Source: an uncultured Verrucomicrobiae bacterium
GTDB lineage: Bacteria > Verrucomicrobiota > Verrucomicrobiia > Limisphaerales > JAFGQR01
NCBI GenBank assembly: GCA_963788655.1
Contig: CAWBHS010000038.1
Coordinates: forward strand, 160,001-224,000
DNA: 64,000 nt
Reading direction: 5' to 3'
In this document: one piece after another, positions 10,244 through 22,364 of the stretch
Position numbering within the stretch: the first letter of the stretch is position 1
Layout: each line of letters starts with the position of its first letter
Position numbers and translations under genes: made by a program
The notes under the pieces: generated by a model
Seen by the model: only the letters and a program-made list of their open reading frames with translations
Databases searched by the model: none
What the model was told of the DNA's origin: nothing

Positions 10244-11449
10244 ATGCTCGAAAGTCTCTATAGATTCTTCTCTTCCCTCAAGCTGACGTTCGTGCTGCTC
10301 TGCGCAGCCACGGTGTTGGTTTTTCTGGGAACCATGGCCCAGGTGGAAATGGGCCTCTACAACGCGCAAAGTCATTTCTTCCGCAGCCTGGTCGTGTTCT
10401 GGGGGCCCAAGGGCGCGGGCTGGCAAATCCCGGTCTTCCCCGGCGGCTATCTGATCGGCACCCTGTTGCTGATCAACTTGGCCACAGCCCATTTGCGGTA
10501 TTACCGGGCCGGGCGAAGGAAGCTTGGCATTGCTCTGATTCACAGCGGCATCGTGCTCCTGCTCCTGGGCCAATTCGCCACCGACATGCTGCAAACTGAA
10601 AGCCACATGCGCCTGTCCGAAGGCGAGACGAAGAATTACTCGGAAAACGGGCGATACAGCGAACTGGTGGTCACGGACACGACCGATCCGAAAGTGAACA
10701 CCGAGGTGGCCCTGGCCGAATCCTCCGTAGCCAAAGGCGGTGAACACAGTCTGCCCCAGCTTCCGCTGACCGTTCGGGTTAACGAGTATTACGCGAATGC
10801 CCAACCGGAATTCGCCACGTCGAAAAGTGCGGACGTACCGATCCAAGGGATTGGCCAGCGGGTCAATTTCCAGCGGCTCAAGCCGGTAACACGCATGGAG
10901 TCGCGCGACGTTCCGGCCGCGCGGGTCGAAGTATTGGCCGGCGGCAATTCATTGGGTCAATGGTGGGTGTCCAATTGGTTCACGGAACAACAGTTGGCCA
11001 ACATCATCTGGCGTCAGGCCAGTCCCGCATTGCGGAAGCTCATGGAGCAAGGGCAATCGTTCAGTTACAAGGGCCGCAATTATCAAATCGCCATGCGGCC
11101 GGTGCGCTATTACAAGCCCTATTCGCTCGAGCTCGTCAAATTCCGGCACGACAAATATCCGGGCACCGACATCCCGAAAAACTTTTCCAGCCGGGTGCGC
11201 ATTCTCAATCCCCAGCACGACGAAAACCGGGAAGTGCTCATTTACATGAACCATCCGCTGCGTTACAGCGGCGAAACCTATTATCAATCCGGTTTCGACC
11301 AAAATGACCCGCGCGTGACCATTCTCCAAGTGGTGCGGAATCCTGGTTGGCTGACGCCGTACCTGGCCTGCATCCTGGTGGCGGTGGGGATGGCCACGCA
11401 ATTTCTTATGCACCTGTTTGGCTTTGTCGGGAAATGGAAGACCGCATGA
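10244..11449 (+). CDS. ResB/Ccs1-like cytochrome c biogenesis protein
   Basis: FFSSLKL N-terminus, TM helices with IHSG, IYMNHPLRYSGETYYQS and a C-terminal TM; adjacent to CcsA. Confidence 0.8.
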   Translation: MLESLYRFFSSLKLTFVLLCAATVLVFLGTMAQVEMGLYNAQSHFFRSLVVFWGPKGAGWQIPVFPGGYLIGTLLLINLATAHLRYYRAGRRKLGIALIHSGIVLLLLGQFATDMLQTESHMRLSEGETKNYSENGRYSELVVTDTTDPKVNTEVALAESSVAKGGEHSLPQLPLTVRVNEYYANAQPEFATSKSADVPIQGIGQRVNFQRLKPVTRMESRDVPAARVEVLAGGNSLGQWWVSNWFTEQQLANIIWRQASPALRKLMEQGQSFSYKGRNYQIAMRPVRYYKPYSLELVKFRHDKYPGTDIPKNFSSRVRILNPQHDENREVLIYMNHPLRYSGETYYQSGFDQNDPRVTILQVVRNPGWLTPYLACILVAVGMATQFLMHLFGFVGKWKTA

Positions 11450-13418
11450 AAACTGCTTTAAAAATTCTCCCCTGGTTCCTGCTGGCGCTGTTTGGCGCCG
11501 ACATCGTGGGCATGCTCATGCCCAAAAAAGAGGGCGTCTTTCACGTTCAGGAGTTCGGGCGCCTGCCGGTGCTGCTCAATGGACGCATTCAACCGTTCGA
11601 CTCCGTCGGCCGCAACGCGCTGCTGCAGATTCGCGGCACTTCCGACGTGCCCCTGGTCGAGAAGAAGTCCTGGGAATTCTGGAAACATCCGCCCAAGCTC
11701 CGCTCTTCGCAGTGGCTGCTCGAAGTGATGACCCGTCCCGAACAGGCCGATGAACGGCCGATCTTCCTGATCCATCACCCGGAATTGCTGGAAGAATTGA
11801 ACCTGCAAAACCAAGGGATCGAGAAATCCGGCCTGCGCTACTACACCTTCAATGAAATCCGGCCGGTGTTGACGGACATCAACAAGCAAGGCAGTCAAGC
11901 GAGCCAGGTGGAAGCCCCCGTCCGCAATGCCTACCAGAAACAGGCGATCAAACTGGCCAACGCGGTCATGCTTTATCACCGCTTAAAAAACAGCCTGCGT
12001 CCGGAAGGCGTGGATAATTTCTCCCAGGAACTGGCGGATTTTCAAAAAGCGGTTCCGGCCGGGCTGGCCGCCGTCAAAGCGCGGGAAGCCGGACAAAAGT
12101 ATGACGAGCAGGCCTTCAATGCGTTGCTCGAGCCGATGAGCCAGTTCAACGAAATGGCCAACGTGGCTTACCCCTTGATTGTTCCGCTCCAGAATTCCGG
12201 GCACGGACAACGAAAAATGGGTTAATGCGGGCGTGGCGCTCATGGACACCGTTCACACCGGCCACGTTTCACCGGCCATGCAATATCTGGCCACCATGGC
12301 GACGGCGTATCGGCACGATGAGCCGGCAGGGTTCAACCAAGCGGTGCAGGATTACCGGCAATGGTTGGAGCCGCACTTTGCCAAGGAACTGCGCAAGGGT
12401 TATTGGGAGTATTATTACAACACGGCCAAGCCGTTTCTGCACGCGATGATCGTTTACCTCTGCGCCTTCTTGTTGGCGGTCGGGGCTTTGTTGACCATGA
12501 CGTTGTCGTCGAACCTCTCCGAATCGCTCCGGCGTTCGGCCTTTTACCTGGTCCTGCTCGCGGGCGCCGTCCACACTGTGGGCCTGATATTTCGCATGGT
12601 TCTGGAAGGCCGTCCGCCGGTCACCAATTTGTATTCCTCCGCCATTTTCATTGGCTGGGGCGCGATGGTCTTCGGCCTTGGTTTGGAGCGGTTCTTCAAG
12701 CTGGGATTGGGCAGCGCCGCCGCCTCGTTATCCGGTTTTGTCACGCTGATCATCGCGCACAACCTGGCGTTGGGCGGTGATACCATGGAAATGCTGCGGG
12801 CCGTGCTGGACACGAACTTCTGGCTGGCCACGCACGTGGTGGTCATCACGCTGGGCTACTCGGCCACGTTTATGGCCGGATTGCTGGCCATCGGTTACGT
12901 GCTCCTGGGACTGTTCACCCCCGTGCTGTCCACCCAGGTCCGCAAGCTGGAGGTGGGTAAGATTCTTCACAAGATGGTTTATGCCATCATCTGTTTTGCT
13001 GCCCTGTTCAGCTTCGTCGGCACGGTCCTCGGCGGAATTTGGGCGGATCAATCCTGGGGCCGCTTCTGGGGCTGGGATCCCAAGGAAAACGGGGCCTTGA
13101 TCATCGTGCTGTGGAATGCGGCGATCTTGCACGCGCGCTGGGGCAAATTGGTTGGGCGAACGCGGGTTCATCAACATGGCAATCTTTGGCAACATCGTGA
13201 CGAGTTACTCCTGGTTCGGGGTCAACATGCTCGGCATTGGCTTGCACTCGTATGGCTTCATGGACGCCGCCTTCAAATGGCTGCTGCTCTTCATTGCGAG
13301 CCAGTTGCTGCTGATCGGCATCGGGATGTTGCCGCAGAAATACTGGGCCAGCTTCCGCCTGCGCAAAGCGACCAAGGGCACTCCGCCGCATTCCCACGGC
13401 GTATTCGCGAACAGTTAG
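11446..13418 (+). CDS. ccsA: Cytochrome c biogenesis protein CcsA/ResC, with frameshifts near 12200 and 13150
   Basis: WWD domain GGIWADQSWGRFWGWDPKE, WLATHV and GLHSYG, distributed over three frames. Confidence 0.9.
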
Positions 13419-13464
13419 TCTGGTCGGAGATCAGAATCAACCGCTGATCCAAGTCCACATTGCG

Positions 13465-13525
13465 TGCTCTTAAGCTTGCTCCTGCTCTTGCTTAAGCATA
13501 ACGAGCAAGAGCAAGCTTAAGAGCA
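13465..13525. repeat. Long imperfect palindrome (possible terminator or REP-like element)
   Basis: tgctcttaagcttgctc...gagcaagcttaagagca. Confidence 0.6.
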
Positions 13526-13681
13526 AGCGTTGGAGCTGCGCTTGTTTGGGAGAAGTGCGGCCAGGTTAGTGGGATCTGCGTCTTGGCCCGAATCGCATCA
13601 ACGACGCCGCCGACGGTGCCGGATTCCTTTTGACGCTCCCCTCCGCATCCCGTAGTTTCACCCAAAATTTGGATTGATTAC

Positions 13682-16600
13682 ATGATCGGCTTTATCCTTA
13701 AGAAAATCGTTGGCTCCAGAAATGATCGCATCGTTCGCAAACTGCGCCCACTGGTCGCCACCATCAACGAGATCGAGCAGTCCTACCAAGCGCTGTCCGA
13801 TGACGCGTTGCGCCAAAAGGTCGCCGATTGGAAAGCCAAGCTGTCCGCCATCAAGGAGAACGACGAGTTGCGCCGGGAATTGGACGCGCTGTTGCCGGAG
13901 GCCTTTGCGGTCGTCAAGAACACCTGCCGCCGGATGATGGGCCAGGAGATCATCGTGCGCGACCGCCCCTACCAATGGGACATGATCCCGTTTGATGTGC
14001 AGCTCATCGGCGGCATTGCGTTGCACCAGGGTAAAATCGCGGAAATGGCCACGGGCGAAGGCAAGACGCTGGTCGCCACCATGCCCGTGTTACCTCAACG
14101 CGCTGACCGGCCGGGGCGTGCACTGGTCACCGTCAATGATTACCTGGCCGCCCGCGACAGCGAATGGATGGGAGCCGTCTACCGGTTCCTGGGGCTGACG
14201 GTGGGCTGCATCCTGCACGACCAGTCGCCGAATGTCCGCCGCGAGCAATACAACTGCGACATCACCTACGGCACCAACGCCGAATTCGGTTTCGATTATT
14301 TGCGCGACAACGGCATGGCCTCGCGCGCGGAGGAGCAGGTCCAACGCGGCCATTACTACGCCATCGTCGATGAAGTGGACTCGATCCTCATCGACGAAGC
14401 CCGCACGCCGCTCATCATCAGCGGCCCGGCGGTGGTGGCTTCGGACAACAGCGAATACGCCCAATACAAACCGCAAGTTGACGGCCTGGTGCGCGCCCAG
14501 CAGCGGCTGTGCGACCGGTTCCTGGCCGAGGCGGAAGCCCTGATCAAGAAACTGCACCCCGAGGACGGCTCGAATCCGGCCGAACCCGGCGTGGTTGAGC
14601 GCGAGATTGGCATGCTGTTGTTCCGGGTCAAGATGGGCCAGCCGCGTTCGGAAGAACTGCTGCAGCATGCTGGAGCATCCGGAAAATCTCCGCCTGATGA
14701 ACAAGGCGGAACTGGAGCTGCACGCCGACCAGTCAAGAAGACGATCTTTACGCCGAAAAGGAAGAGCTCTTTTTCGCCATGGATGAGAAGAGCCACGAAG
14801 CCGACTTGACCGAAAAGGGCCGCAATCTTCTCAGCCCCGACGATCCGGAAGCCTTCATGCTGCCGGATCTGATCACGGCCTTCCACGAAATCGATACTGG
14901 CCCGGAAGCCGATGTCGCGCAAGCGCCTGGAGCTCAAGACCAAGATGCAGCAGGATTTCGAGAGCCAAGGCGCAACGGATCCATGCCATTTCGCCAGTTG
15001 CTCAAGGCCTACTGCCTTTACCAGAAGGACGTGCAATACGTCGTCCAGGACAACAAGGTGATCATTGTGGACGAGAACACCGGCCGCCTCATGACCGGCC
15101 GCCGTTGGAGCGACGGCTTGCACCAGGCCGTCGAAGCCAAGGAAGGCGTCGAGATCGAGACGCGAGACCCAGACGCTCGCCACCATCACCATCCAGAATT
15201 ACTTCCGGCTTTACTCAAACTGGCCGGCATGACCGGCACGGCCGAAACCGAGGCGGCCGAGTTCCTCGACATTTACAAACTGGGCGTGCTGGTGATTCCG
15301 ACCAACCGCCCCGTGCGCGCGCAAGGACGCCAACGACTCCGTCTACAAAACCAAGCGCGAGAAATACAACGCCGTGCTGCAAGGAGATCCAAGACCATCC
15401 ACGCGCAAGGCCGGCCGATCCTGGTGGGCACCATCTCGGTCGAGGTCAGCGAAGTGCTTTCGCGCATGCTGCAAGCGGGAGGGCATCGTCCATTCGGTGC
15501 TGAACGCCAAGTATCACGAGCAGGAAGCCGAAATCGTCGCCCGCGCCGGCCAGCGCGGGGCCGTGACCATCGCCACCAACATGGCCGGTCGCGGCACCGA
15601 CATCAAACTCGGGCGCGGGCGTCGCCGAAGCTGGGCGGCTTGCACGTGATGGGCACCGAACGGCACGAAGCCCGCCGCATTGACCGCCAGTTGCGCGGCC
15701 GCTGCGCGCGCCAGGGCGACCCCGGCTCATCGCACTTCTTCATCTCACTGGAGGACGATCTGATGCGGTTGTTCGGCTCCGACAAGATCGTCAAATACAT
15801 GGAGAAGATGGGCCTGGAGGAGGGCCAGGAGCTGGAGCACTCCGCTGCTGAACCGCTCCATCGAACAGGCGCAAAAACGCGTCGAGCAGCACAACTTCCA
15901 GATCCGCAAACGCACGCTCGAATACGACGACGTGATGAACAAGCAGCGCGAAGTCATCTACGGCTTCCGCAACGAGATCATCAACGGCGAGGACGTGCGC
16001 GACCGGCTCATGGACATCATGGAGGAAGTCGTCGTCCAGAAGGTCGAGCGAGTTCACGTCTCGCGGAATCCGACCCGAGCGAGTGGAACATGCGCGCGCT
16101 TGGCCGACTGGGTGAACCTGAATTTCCCGCTGGGCATGCCCGGAGGCAGGAAATCGTCGAAGGCTGCCGCAGTCCGGCGACGAAGCGCCGGTGCCAGGCT
16201 CGCTCTTCGACGGCCTGAGCGCCGCGCAGTTTGCCGTCTGCAATTCATCACCGACAGCGTCCGCAAAGCCTACGAGCTCAAGATCAGTTTCGAAGAACCC
16301 GACGCGCTGGCGGCGGTGGAGCGATACACCATCCTCAGCGCCATCGACAAGCTGTGGCAGGAGCACCTCTACGAGATGGACAGCCTGCGCTACAGCATCG
16401 GCCTGCGCGGCTTACGGCCAGCGCGATCCGCTCATCGAGTACAAGGCGGAGGCGTACAAGATGTTCGACGAGTTGATGGTCAACATCAAAGCGGAGATCT
16501 GCCACAACATCTTCCGCAGCGCGTCGAGCCTGATGGCGTTCGAAAACTTCCTGCGCAACGTTGCCGCAGCAGACGATGCACCAATCGACCAGCGCCTTTG

Positions 16601-16781
16601 GCGGCAGCGCACGGCACCGGCCAGTTCCGGCGGCGCCGAACATAAGGCCAGCGACATCGTCAGCGAAGCCGCGGAAGCCGTGGAGAAAGCCAAACCCGTC
16701 CGCACCGGCCCGAAAGTCGGCCGCAACGATCCCTGCCCATGCGGCAGCGGCAAGAAATACAAGCAGTGCTGCGGCCGGTGA
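13682..16781 (+). CDS. secA: Preprotein translocase subunit SecA, with many frameshifts
   Basis: [68 protein letters not shown] and the C-terminal SEC-C motif [18 protein letters not shown], spread over alternating frames. Confidence 0.95.
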
Positions 16782-16949
16782 GTTTGCCATAGCTCAGTGG
16801 TTCCTGGGCCATTGCGGTCCCGCAGTCCCTGATTCTCCCCTCCTTCCGCGAAGACCTCCTGATGGTCAAGTTGGACAACGCGCTGCTGGCTCTGCGCCAA
16901 TGCCCCAAGCCTGAAGTAGTCCTGGCTTCTTGTGCTCGGCACAATCGGC

Positions 16950-17650
16950 ATTCTGCCTCCTGAAGAGGCAGTTTTTCGTCGTAGCGCTGCTCACCGGCCT
17001 CAAAGAGGCATCCAACTGTGCTGTCCGGCATGAGGGCAAGATCGGAATAAGCTGCTGGACCTTTTAAAATCATATCGGACGTCTGCCATGTCTTGCCGTC
17101 ATCGGTGCTTACAAAAAACCGCAAATCACGGCGGGCCTTTTTATCCCTTCTGTTTTTCGCTGTCCGGCTGGGCGCCAGGTAAACTTGAAGGCTTTTTCCG
17201 CCCTCAATGGGATACCCCAGAATGCTGGCCTGGCATACAGGCTCGGGGACCGCGCCTTCCAGCTTCGCCCGCGACCATGTCTCTCCGCCGTCGTCGCTGC
17301 TTGCATGGGCCCGTCCGTCCTTGGCTGTGTTGTTGCGAATGGTCAAATACACCCTGCCATCGCTCAATTCGGTGGCCATGCATTCTTTTCCATCCGGGCC
17401 GCCTTCCACTTCCTCACGGGTGGTTTGGCCGGTTTTCCAGGTTCTTCCGTGGTCATCGCTGTAAATCACAAAGGATTTGCTCCCTCGCGTATTGTCCTCG
17501 GTGACGCTCTGGCCCGCATAACCGGGCACGAGCAGTCGCCCCTGGTATTTGCCTCTGGTCAGTTGGAGTCCGTGGCCGGGACCGGTCGCATAAAATCCGT
17601 TCTGCTCTTTCCGTTTCAGACTGCCGGTCAGATTGACGGGATGTGTGTTT
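16950..17650 (-). pseudogene. Sialidase (GH33-like), C-terminal half only
   Basis: ATGPGHG, GRLLVP, Asp-boxes SDDHGRTW/SDDGGETW/STDDGKTW, AYSDL and LFEAG. The N-terminus is missing. Confidence 0.75.
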
Positions 17651-17670
17651 GAGTCGAATTACGATTTCGC

Positions 17671-17955
17671 TCAATAGCCCTCCTCTGTTCGCGTCGGCGT
17701 CATCCAAACGGCCTGGCCGCCAGCAGCCCGCAATCGCACATCAAGCGTCGTCAGTGAATCTACTGGATGGGTGTCCACCACCACACGCGTCCGGGTTGGA
17801 GCGGAACGAGCGTCTGAATAAATGTGGGCGACGTATCGCCGGCCTGCCGGAAGAAAAGTTAGCGGCAATTTCAATCCGCGCGGCTCGCCGTTGTTAATGG
17901 TGCCGATAACCCGTCCTCTCCGCGACGCCGGGCGATGGTCGCATACGTTCCCATC
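17671..17955 (-). pseudogene. GH97-like C-terminal domain fragment
   Basis: YATIARR, LPLTFLPAGRRYVAHIYSD and GGQAVW resemble GH97 C-termini; no catalytic domain is present. Confidence 0.55.
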
Positions 17956-17982
17956 CCGGGATTTAACCTGATCTACCGCCCC

Positions 17983-20007
17983 TTAATCCACGCGGTCAGG
18001 CTTGGTCACGGTCACGTGGTCAAATTTGACGGTGGTTGTGACCGTGGGGAGGCGTGAACTGGCGCATAAACCAACGGACAATTCTTGTTTCAGCGGCACC
18101 TTCGCGCTGCCTACTGGCGTCCAAATTTTGCCATCGGAAGAAATGCAACCGGTAATGGTGTCGCCCGTGCGCGTCAGTTTCAGCCAGCAATAACCCGTGA
18201 GGCGACCGTGGGTTACCGTCGGTTCGGAAAAATTCTTACTGACCTGGCGAACGACCGTATTCGCGCCGGCGGAATCGCGGCTCATCAGCCGGACGTTCCA
18301 GCCGGAGGATTGGTCTTTATTGGCGGGTTTCCGACTCAGCAGCAAGGAAACATTGGCGGCATCGGCGGTCGAGGACGCGCGCATCGTAAGGCCAAATTGA
18401 GAAGAGCGCGAACTGGTTTGCGGAACAAAGCGTGCGACCATGGTGCAATTGCCGTTCATCGGGACGTAGGCAAACTGACATTGATCGTTCGTGCCACCGA
18501 TGCCCGCGCCCGCACTTTCCAACTTGAAAACATAGCCGTCAAAATTCGCATCCCCTGCCACCGCAACGGCTCCCACGTCTTGATGCGTCCACGGTTTGGG
18601 CAGGCCGGCGCAAATGGGGGTCGGATATGAATCAGGACTTTCGCCAGACGCATTCAGAGCGGAAACCACATACTGATAGTACCCGCCCGATTGGACTTTG
18701 GTATCCGTGTACGTGGTCGCCTGAATGTCGCGGGCGATGATTTGGTAACCGCCATTTTCTGTCGCGCGTTTGACCGTGTAACTCTCCGCGCCGACGGAGG
18801 CGACCCAAGTGAGTTGGTTTCCCGACGAGGAGCCTTTTGCCATGACCGCCCCCGGCGCAGCCGGCGACGATGGCGTTCGCGTGGGGGCCGCCTTGGAAAC
18901 GGGTTGGGCGAACAGCAATGTGCCGAAGCCGACATGATCCGCAGCCGACCCTCCAGCGCCTTCGGGACGGATCCGTTCCACCACGCGTTGGAGGTAAGGC
19001 ACACTCAAGCCGGCGCGGTTCACGTAGTGATGGTAAATTTGCTCGAACACGGCGCGAAACCCTCCCCGACCTTTCGCCGCAATCCGGGTATGATGATATT
19101 CTCCGGTGCGATCGAGCGTTTCCACAAAGGGAACCTCTTCGCCCAGATTGTATTGGGCCGTGTATTCGAAACCGTTCAACAGCAAGTTGTCTTCGTAGCC
19201 ATAGAGATCGAGTCCCTGATGCCAGGCCATTTCACAACAATCGCCCAGATGCGCGAGCCCGAGCTGCGTGTGCTGCTGGTCGCGTCCGCTTTCCTGGCAC
19301 TGACCGGTGCGGTTGATAATGTAATGCGTTAACCGGCCGTCGCCCGTTCCGTTGACATAATAACGCAGCGCCCGCTCGAACATCGCGCGGTCATTGCAGA
19401 AAATACCGATGGCCATCACGGTCTTTATCGCGGCCGTGTCCCAGTTGCCGTTGGCGAACGGCGCAAAATCCTTAAGGACCGGATAAACGACTTCGCGAAA
19501 ATGTTTTTCCGCTTGTTGAATTTCTGCCGGTGACCAGCCGGCGCCGGTGTAGCGAAGTAGTTCCGCCGCGTTGACCATTTTGAACGGACCCAGCCCCGCC
19601 ATGAGCACGGCGTCACGTCCGGTGATGGACTTCAATTTGGAAGACCAGGCATTGAGGATCGCCTTTGATTTGTTCGCGTACGCGATGTCGCCCGTGATGC
19701 ACCACATGACGGCGCATTGGTAGGCGGCATTGGCGTCCGAATCATACTCCGCTGCGCCGGGGCTCGGGTTTCTGCCCACCCTCGCCCGCGGACCGCGCAT
19801 TCGGTAATCCGACTGCGAGTGCTTGTCGGCGCGGAAAATCTCGTAGCCCGAATAAATGGGCTCCTCCTTCGCCGCCACGGCTATCCTGATGTGGGCAAGA
19901 TCAGCGCGGCTGTGCAGCAGACCGGGATGAACAAACGCAAAATCCGCGCCGACCGGCCGGACCAACATCAGCAAACCAAGCAGTAAGAGAAGTTGCCGGG
20001 AACGCAT
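17983..20007 (-). CDS. Secreted alginate-lyase-family protein with FN3-like and DUF1349/ConA-like C-terminal domains
   Basis: Signal peptide MRSRQLLLLL; FVHPGLLH, NGNWD and QESGRDQQHTQLG; FN3-like YQYVVSALN; C-terminal beta-sandwich. Confidence 0.8.
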   Translation of the reverse strand: MRSRQLLLLLGLLMLVRPVGADFAFVHPGLLHSRADLAHIRIAVAAKEEPIYSGYEIFRADKHSQSDYRMRGPRARVGRNPSPGAAEYDSDANAAYQCAVMWCITGDIAYANKSKAILNAWSSKLKSITGRDAVLMAGLGPFKMVNAAELLRYTGAGWSPAEIQQAEKHFREVVYPVLKDFAPFANGNWDTAAIKTVMAIGIFCNDRAMFERALRYYVNGTGDGRLTHYIINRTGQCQESGRDQQHTQLGLAHLGDCCEMAWHQGLDLYGYEDNLLLNGFEYTAQYNLGEEVPFVETLDRTGEYHHTRIAAKGRGGFRAVFEQIYHHYVNRAGLSVPYLQRVVERIRPEGAGGSAADHVGFGTLLFAQPVSKAAPTRTPSSPAAPGAVMAKGSSSGNQLTWVASVGAESYTVKRATENGGYQIIARDIQATTYTDTKVQSGGYYQYVVSALNASGESPDSYPTPICAGLPKPWTHQDVGAVAVAGDANFDGYVFKLESAGAGIGGTNDQCQFAYVPMNGNCTMVARFVPQTSSRSSQFGLTMRASSTADAANVSLLLSRKPANKDQSSGWNVRLMSRDSAGANTVVRQVSKNFSEPTVTHGRLTGYCWLKLTRTGDTITGCISSDGKIWTPVGSAKVPLKQELSVGLCASSRLPTVTTTVKFDHVTVTKPDRVD

Positions 20008-20024
20008 GCCATGCTTCGGAACTT

Positions 20025-20150
20025 TCTGGTGATTGAAATTGCCGCCGGGACCTGCAAACTGGCCGCGCCGCTCGAACCCAAAGCGGGAATGACCCTCCAC
20101 GGGGCCGGGATGGAAAAGACCATTCTTACCCATTTTCCCGCCTGGAGGCA
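20025..20150 (+). pseudogene. Short fragment of a right-handed beta-helix (pectate-lyase-3-like) protein
   Basis: IEIAAGTCKLAAPLEPKAGMTLHGAGMEKTIL. Confidence 0.4.
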
Positions 20151-20200
20151 CCGAGATTGCCCACAATCGCTCCGTCCGTATAATCTCGTTTAAGGCTGAT

Positions 20201-22072
20201 TCACTGCGCGGGCGCGGATACAGGAAAGCGCTTGATCACGGGGAAGTCGCCCACCAGTTCAAAGATGTATTCCCCGCTCTGACCCGGCCGGCGGATGCGG
20301 ACCTTTTCGACCACCTGGTTGTACGGGTTGCACGCAATCACGAGCAGCGTTTTGCCATCGCCGGAGAGCTTGGTCCGGATTAACGGTTCTTGGTGGAGGC
20401 TCACGTAGCTGGGAAAGCGCTCGTCGCCCGTGCGCCAAACGTTGTTTCTCGAGGTGCGCAGTTCGGGCATCTCCCAAGGCGTGGCGGCTTCGATGATGTC
20501 CCGGTGCTGGCTGGCCTGCCACATGCCGAGGACATGGTAATTGTAAAAGCCAAAGTATTTGACGTAGTAGTTGAGCCAGGTTTCCACCCCGTTGATGGAG
20601 CGCTTAACGATCGGCTCGCGCCTGGTCCAGTCCGAGTAATCCTGAAGTTCCTCGGAGTAGCGCGTGCCGATATCCCAACACTGGAGACCGTCCATCACGC
20701 AGTGGCCGAACAGGGAGAGAGCGTAGGTGGCGGAGGCGGGCACCTGATGTTTGATTCCTTCCCGGCGGGTCTGGCCGTTGACGTCGGTGAAGCGGTATTG
20801 CGACAGCGGATAGCCGTCCACGAACTCGACTTGGATCCACGTGGAAAGAACATTGGGAACCTTCGGACGAGCCAGCTTGCCCTGCTCCCATTCCTGTAGG
20901 AAGGCGTAAAGCTGCGAGGGCTTGGAATTGTTGATCCAATACACCGACGGATTGCCATAGTTGAGATGGCACCGTTTGAAAACCGGGTGCAGGTCGGCGG
21001 CGGGCTGATTATATTTTTCGCGCCATTGTTGGGCGCCTTTGAGATCCACCACGCCGGTGGGCTTGCCTTCCCAACGGCTGTCGAAAATGCGGAAGGAGGC
21101 GCTCAGCACGCCCACGCCCCAGCAGCCAATGAGCACATCCGGCTGGCGGGCGCGCACCTCGCCGATGAGTTTGGCAAAGGCCTCGTATTGGCGATCCTGC
21201 CAGATATTGCTGTAGGGCGCCTCGAAGTCGGGCGTAATAATGGCGCAGGTTTCGGCATAGTGGTGGAACGGCTCGAGGTTCCAATTCTTGGGCTCGGCCC
21301 CTTGTTCCCCTTGGCCGGTGACCCACTCGTTGTCCGTGAACAGATGCGCCCGATGCTCGCGAGTGCCGCGCGAGCCATTGTGGGTCATGGCGATGGGCGA
21401 GATGTGGGTGAATCCAAAATCGAGCATGGGATTCTCGCCGTGGCGATCCTGCTGCCGCGCCTTGGCCGCTCCCTGCCAGAGCGCATATTTTCCCCGCGGC
21501 AGCTTCCAGCCGGACGGAAACCAATCGCCTTCGTCAAAATCATATCCGAGCCGGTTGGTGGGCACATGAAACCAATCGGGCAGCCCAATGCGTTGCTGGC
21601 CGCCCAGGAGCAGGATTTCCTGGTAGTTTTCCTTTACCTCCCAGGGCTTGGCCGGATTGTAAAATTCCACCGTGAGATTGACCGGCAACCCGGCGAACGC
21701 CGCCGGAAAGGTGAAGTCCTTGAGTGGGCCATTCATGGGCGCCCCCATATTCAAGGTCCAACGCTTGCCGCAGCCCGCAACCTTGTAAATGTCCCACGCG
21801 GCGTCGGTCACGGTGAGGCCATCCTCGGCCACGACGCAGCGCATGGCGAGAACCCCCGCGTGGTTGGTGATGCCGTCGGTGAGTTGCGGCCAGAGCTTGA
21901 CGGCGGGCGGCGCCGCCGGCAGTGGGGTGGCTGAGGCGATGAATCCAAACGCGAGCCATCCGCCGATGAATCTGCGAAGAGGGTGCTGGGCCGATTCAAG
22001 CGGCACCGCGTCGGCGATATGGCCGAACCAATGGGAAACCCATGGCCTGGCGCGAACTAGTACGTTGTTCAT
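20201..22072 (-). CDS. Secreted hypothetical protein (623 aa)
   Basis: Long ORF with a signal-like segment, Trp/Tyr-rich, genome-like codon usage. Confidence 0.7.
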   Translation of the reverse strand: MNNVLVRARPWVSHWFGHIADAVPLESAQHPLRRFIGGWLAFGFIASATPLPAAPPAVKLWPQLTDGITNHAGVLAMRCVVAEDGLTVTDAAWDIYKVAGCGKRWTLNMGAPMNGPLKDFTFPAAFAGLPVNLTVEFYNPAKPWEVKENYQEILLLGGQQRIGLPDWFHVPTNRLGYDFDEGDWFPSGWKLPRGKYALWQGAAKARQQDRHGENPMLDFGFTHISPIAMTHNGSRGTREHRAHLFTDNEWVTGQGEQGAEPKNWNLEPFHHYAETCAIITPDFEAPYSNIWQDRQYEAFAKLIGEVRARQPDVLIGCWGVGVLSASFRIFDSRWEGKPTGVVDLKGAQQWREKYNQPAADLHPVFKRCHLNYGNPSVYWINNSKPSQLYAFLQEWEQGKLARPKVPNVLSTWIQVEFVDGYPLSQYRFTDVNGQTRREGIKHQVPASATYALSLFGHCVMDGLQCWDIGTRYSEELQDYSDWTRREPIVKRSINGVETWLNYYVKYFGFYNYHVLGMWQASQHRDIIEAATPWEMPELRTSRNNVWRTGDERFPSYVSLHQEPLIRTKLSGDGKTLLVIACNPYNQVVEKVRIRRPGQSGEYIFELVGDFPVIKRFPVSAPAQ

Positions 22073-22364
22073 AACAGAGGGTCAGACGATGCGAGCCCGT
22101 CCTTTCATTCATAAACTTCCAGTTCGGCCACAGCCATTTGTGTGCCCGGCTGATGTGCCGCATGACACTACCCTCAGCGGCTACGACCAGGGTAATCGAA
22201 CCACCCAACCACAACGCCCCAAGCCGCCGAGAGTCGAGACGGCGAAGCGGTATGGAATTCGACTCTGTGTGGTTGTCATTGCCGGGCAGGATATGGAAAG
22301 CACAGGTTCCCGTCAGGTTTCAGTCATTCCCGCTCAGAACGGGAAGGTTGCGGGTGCAAATCCT

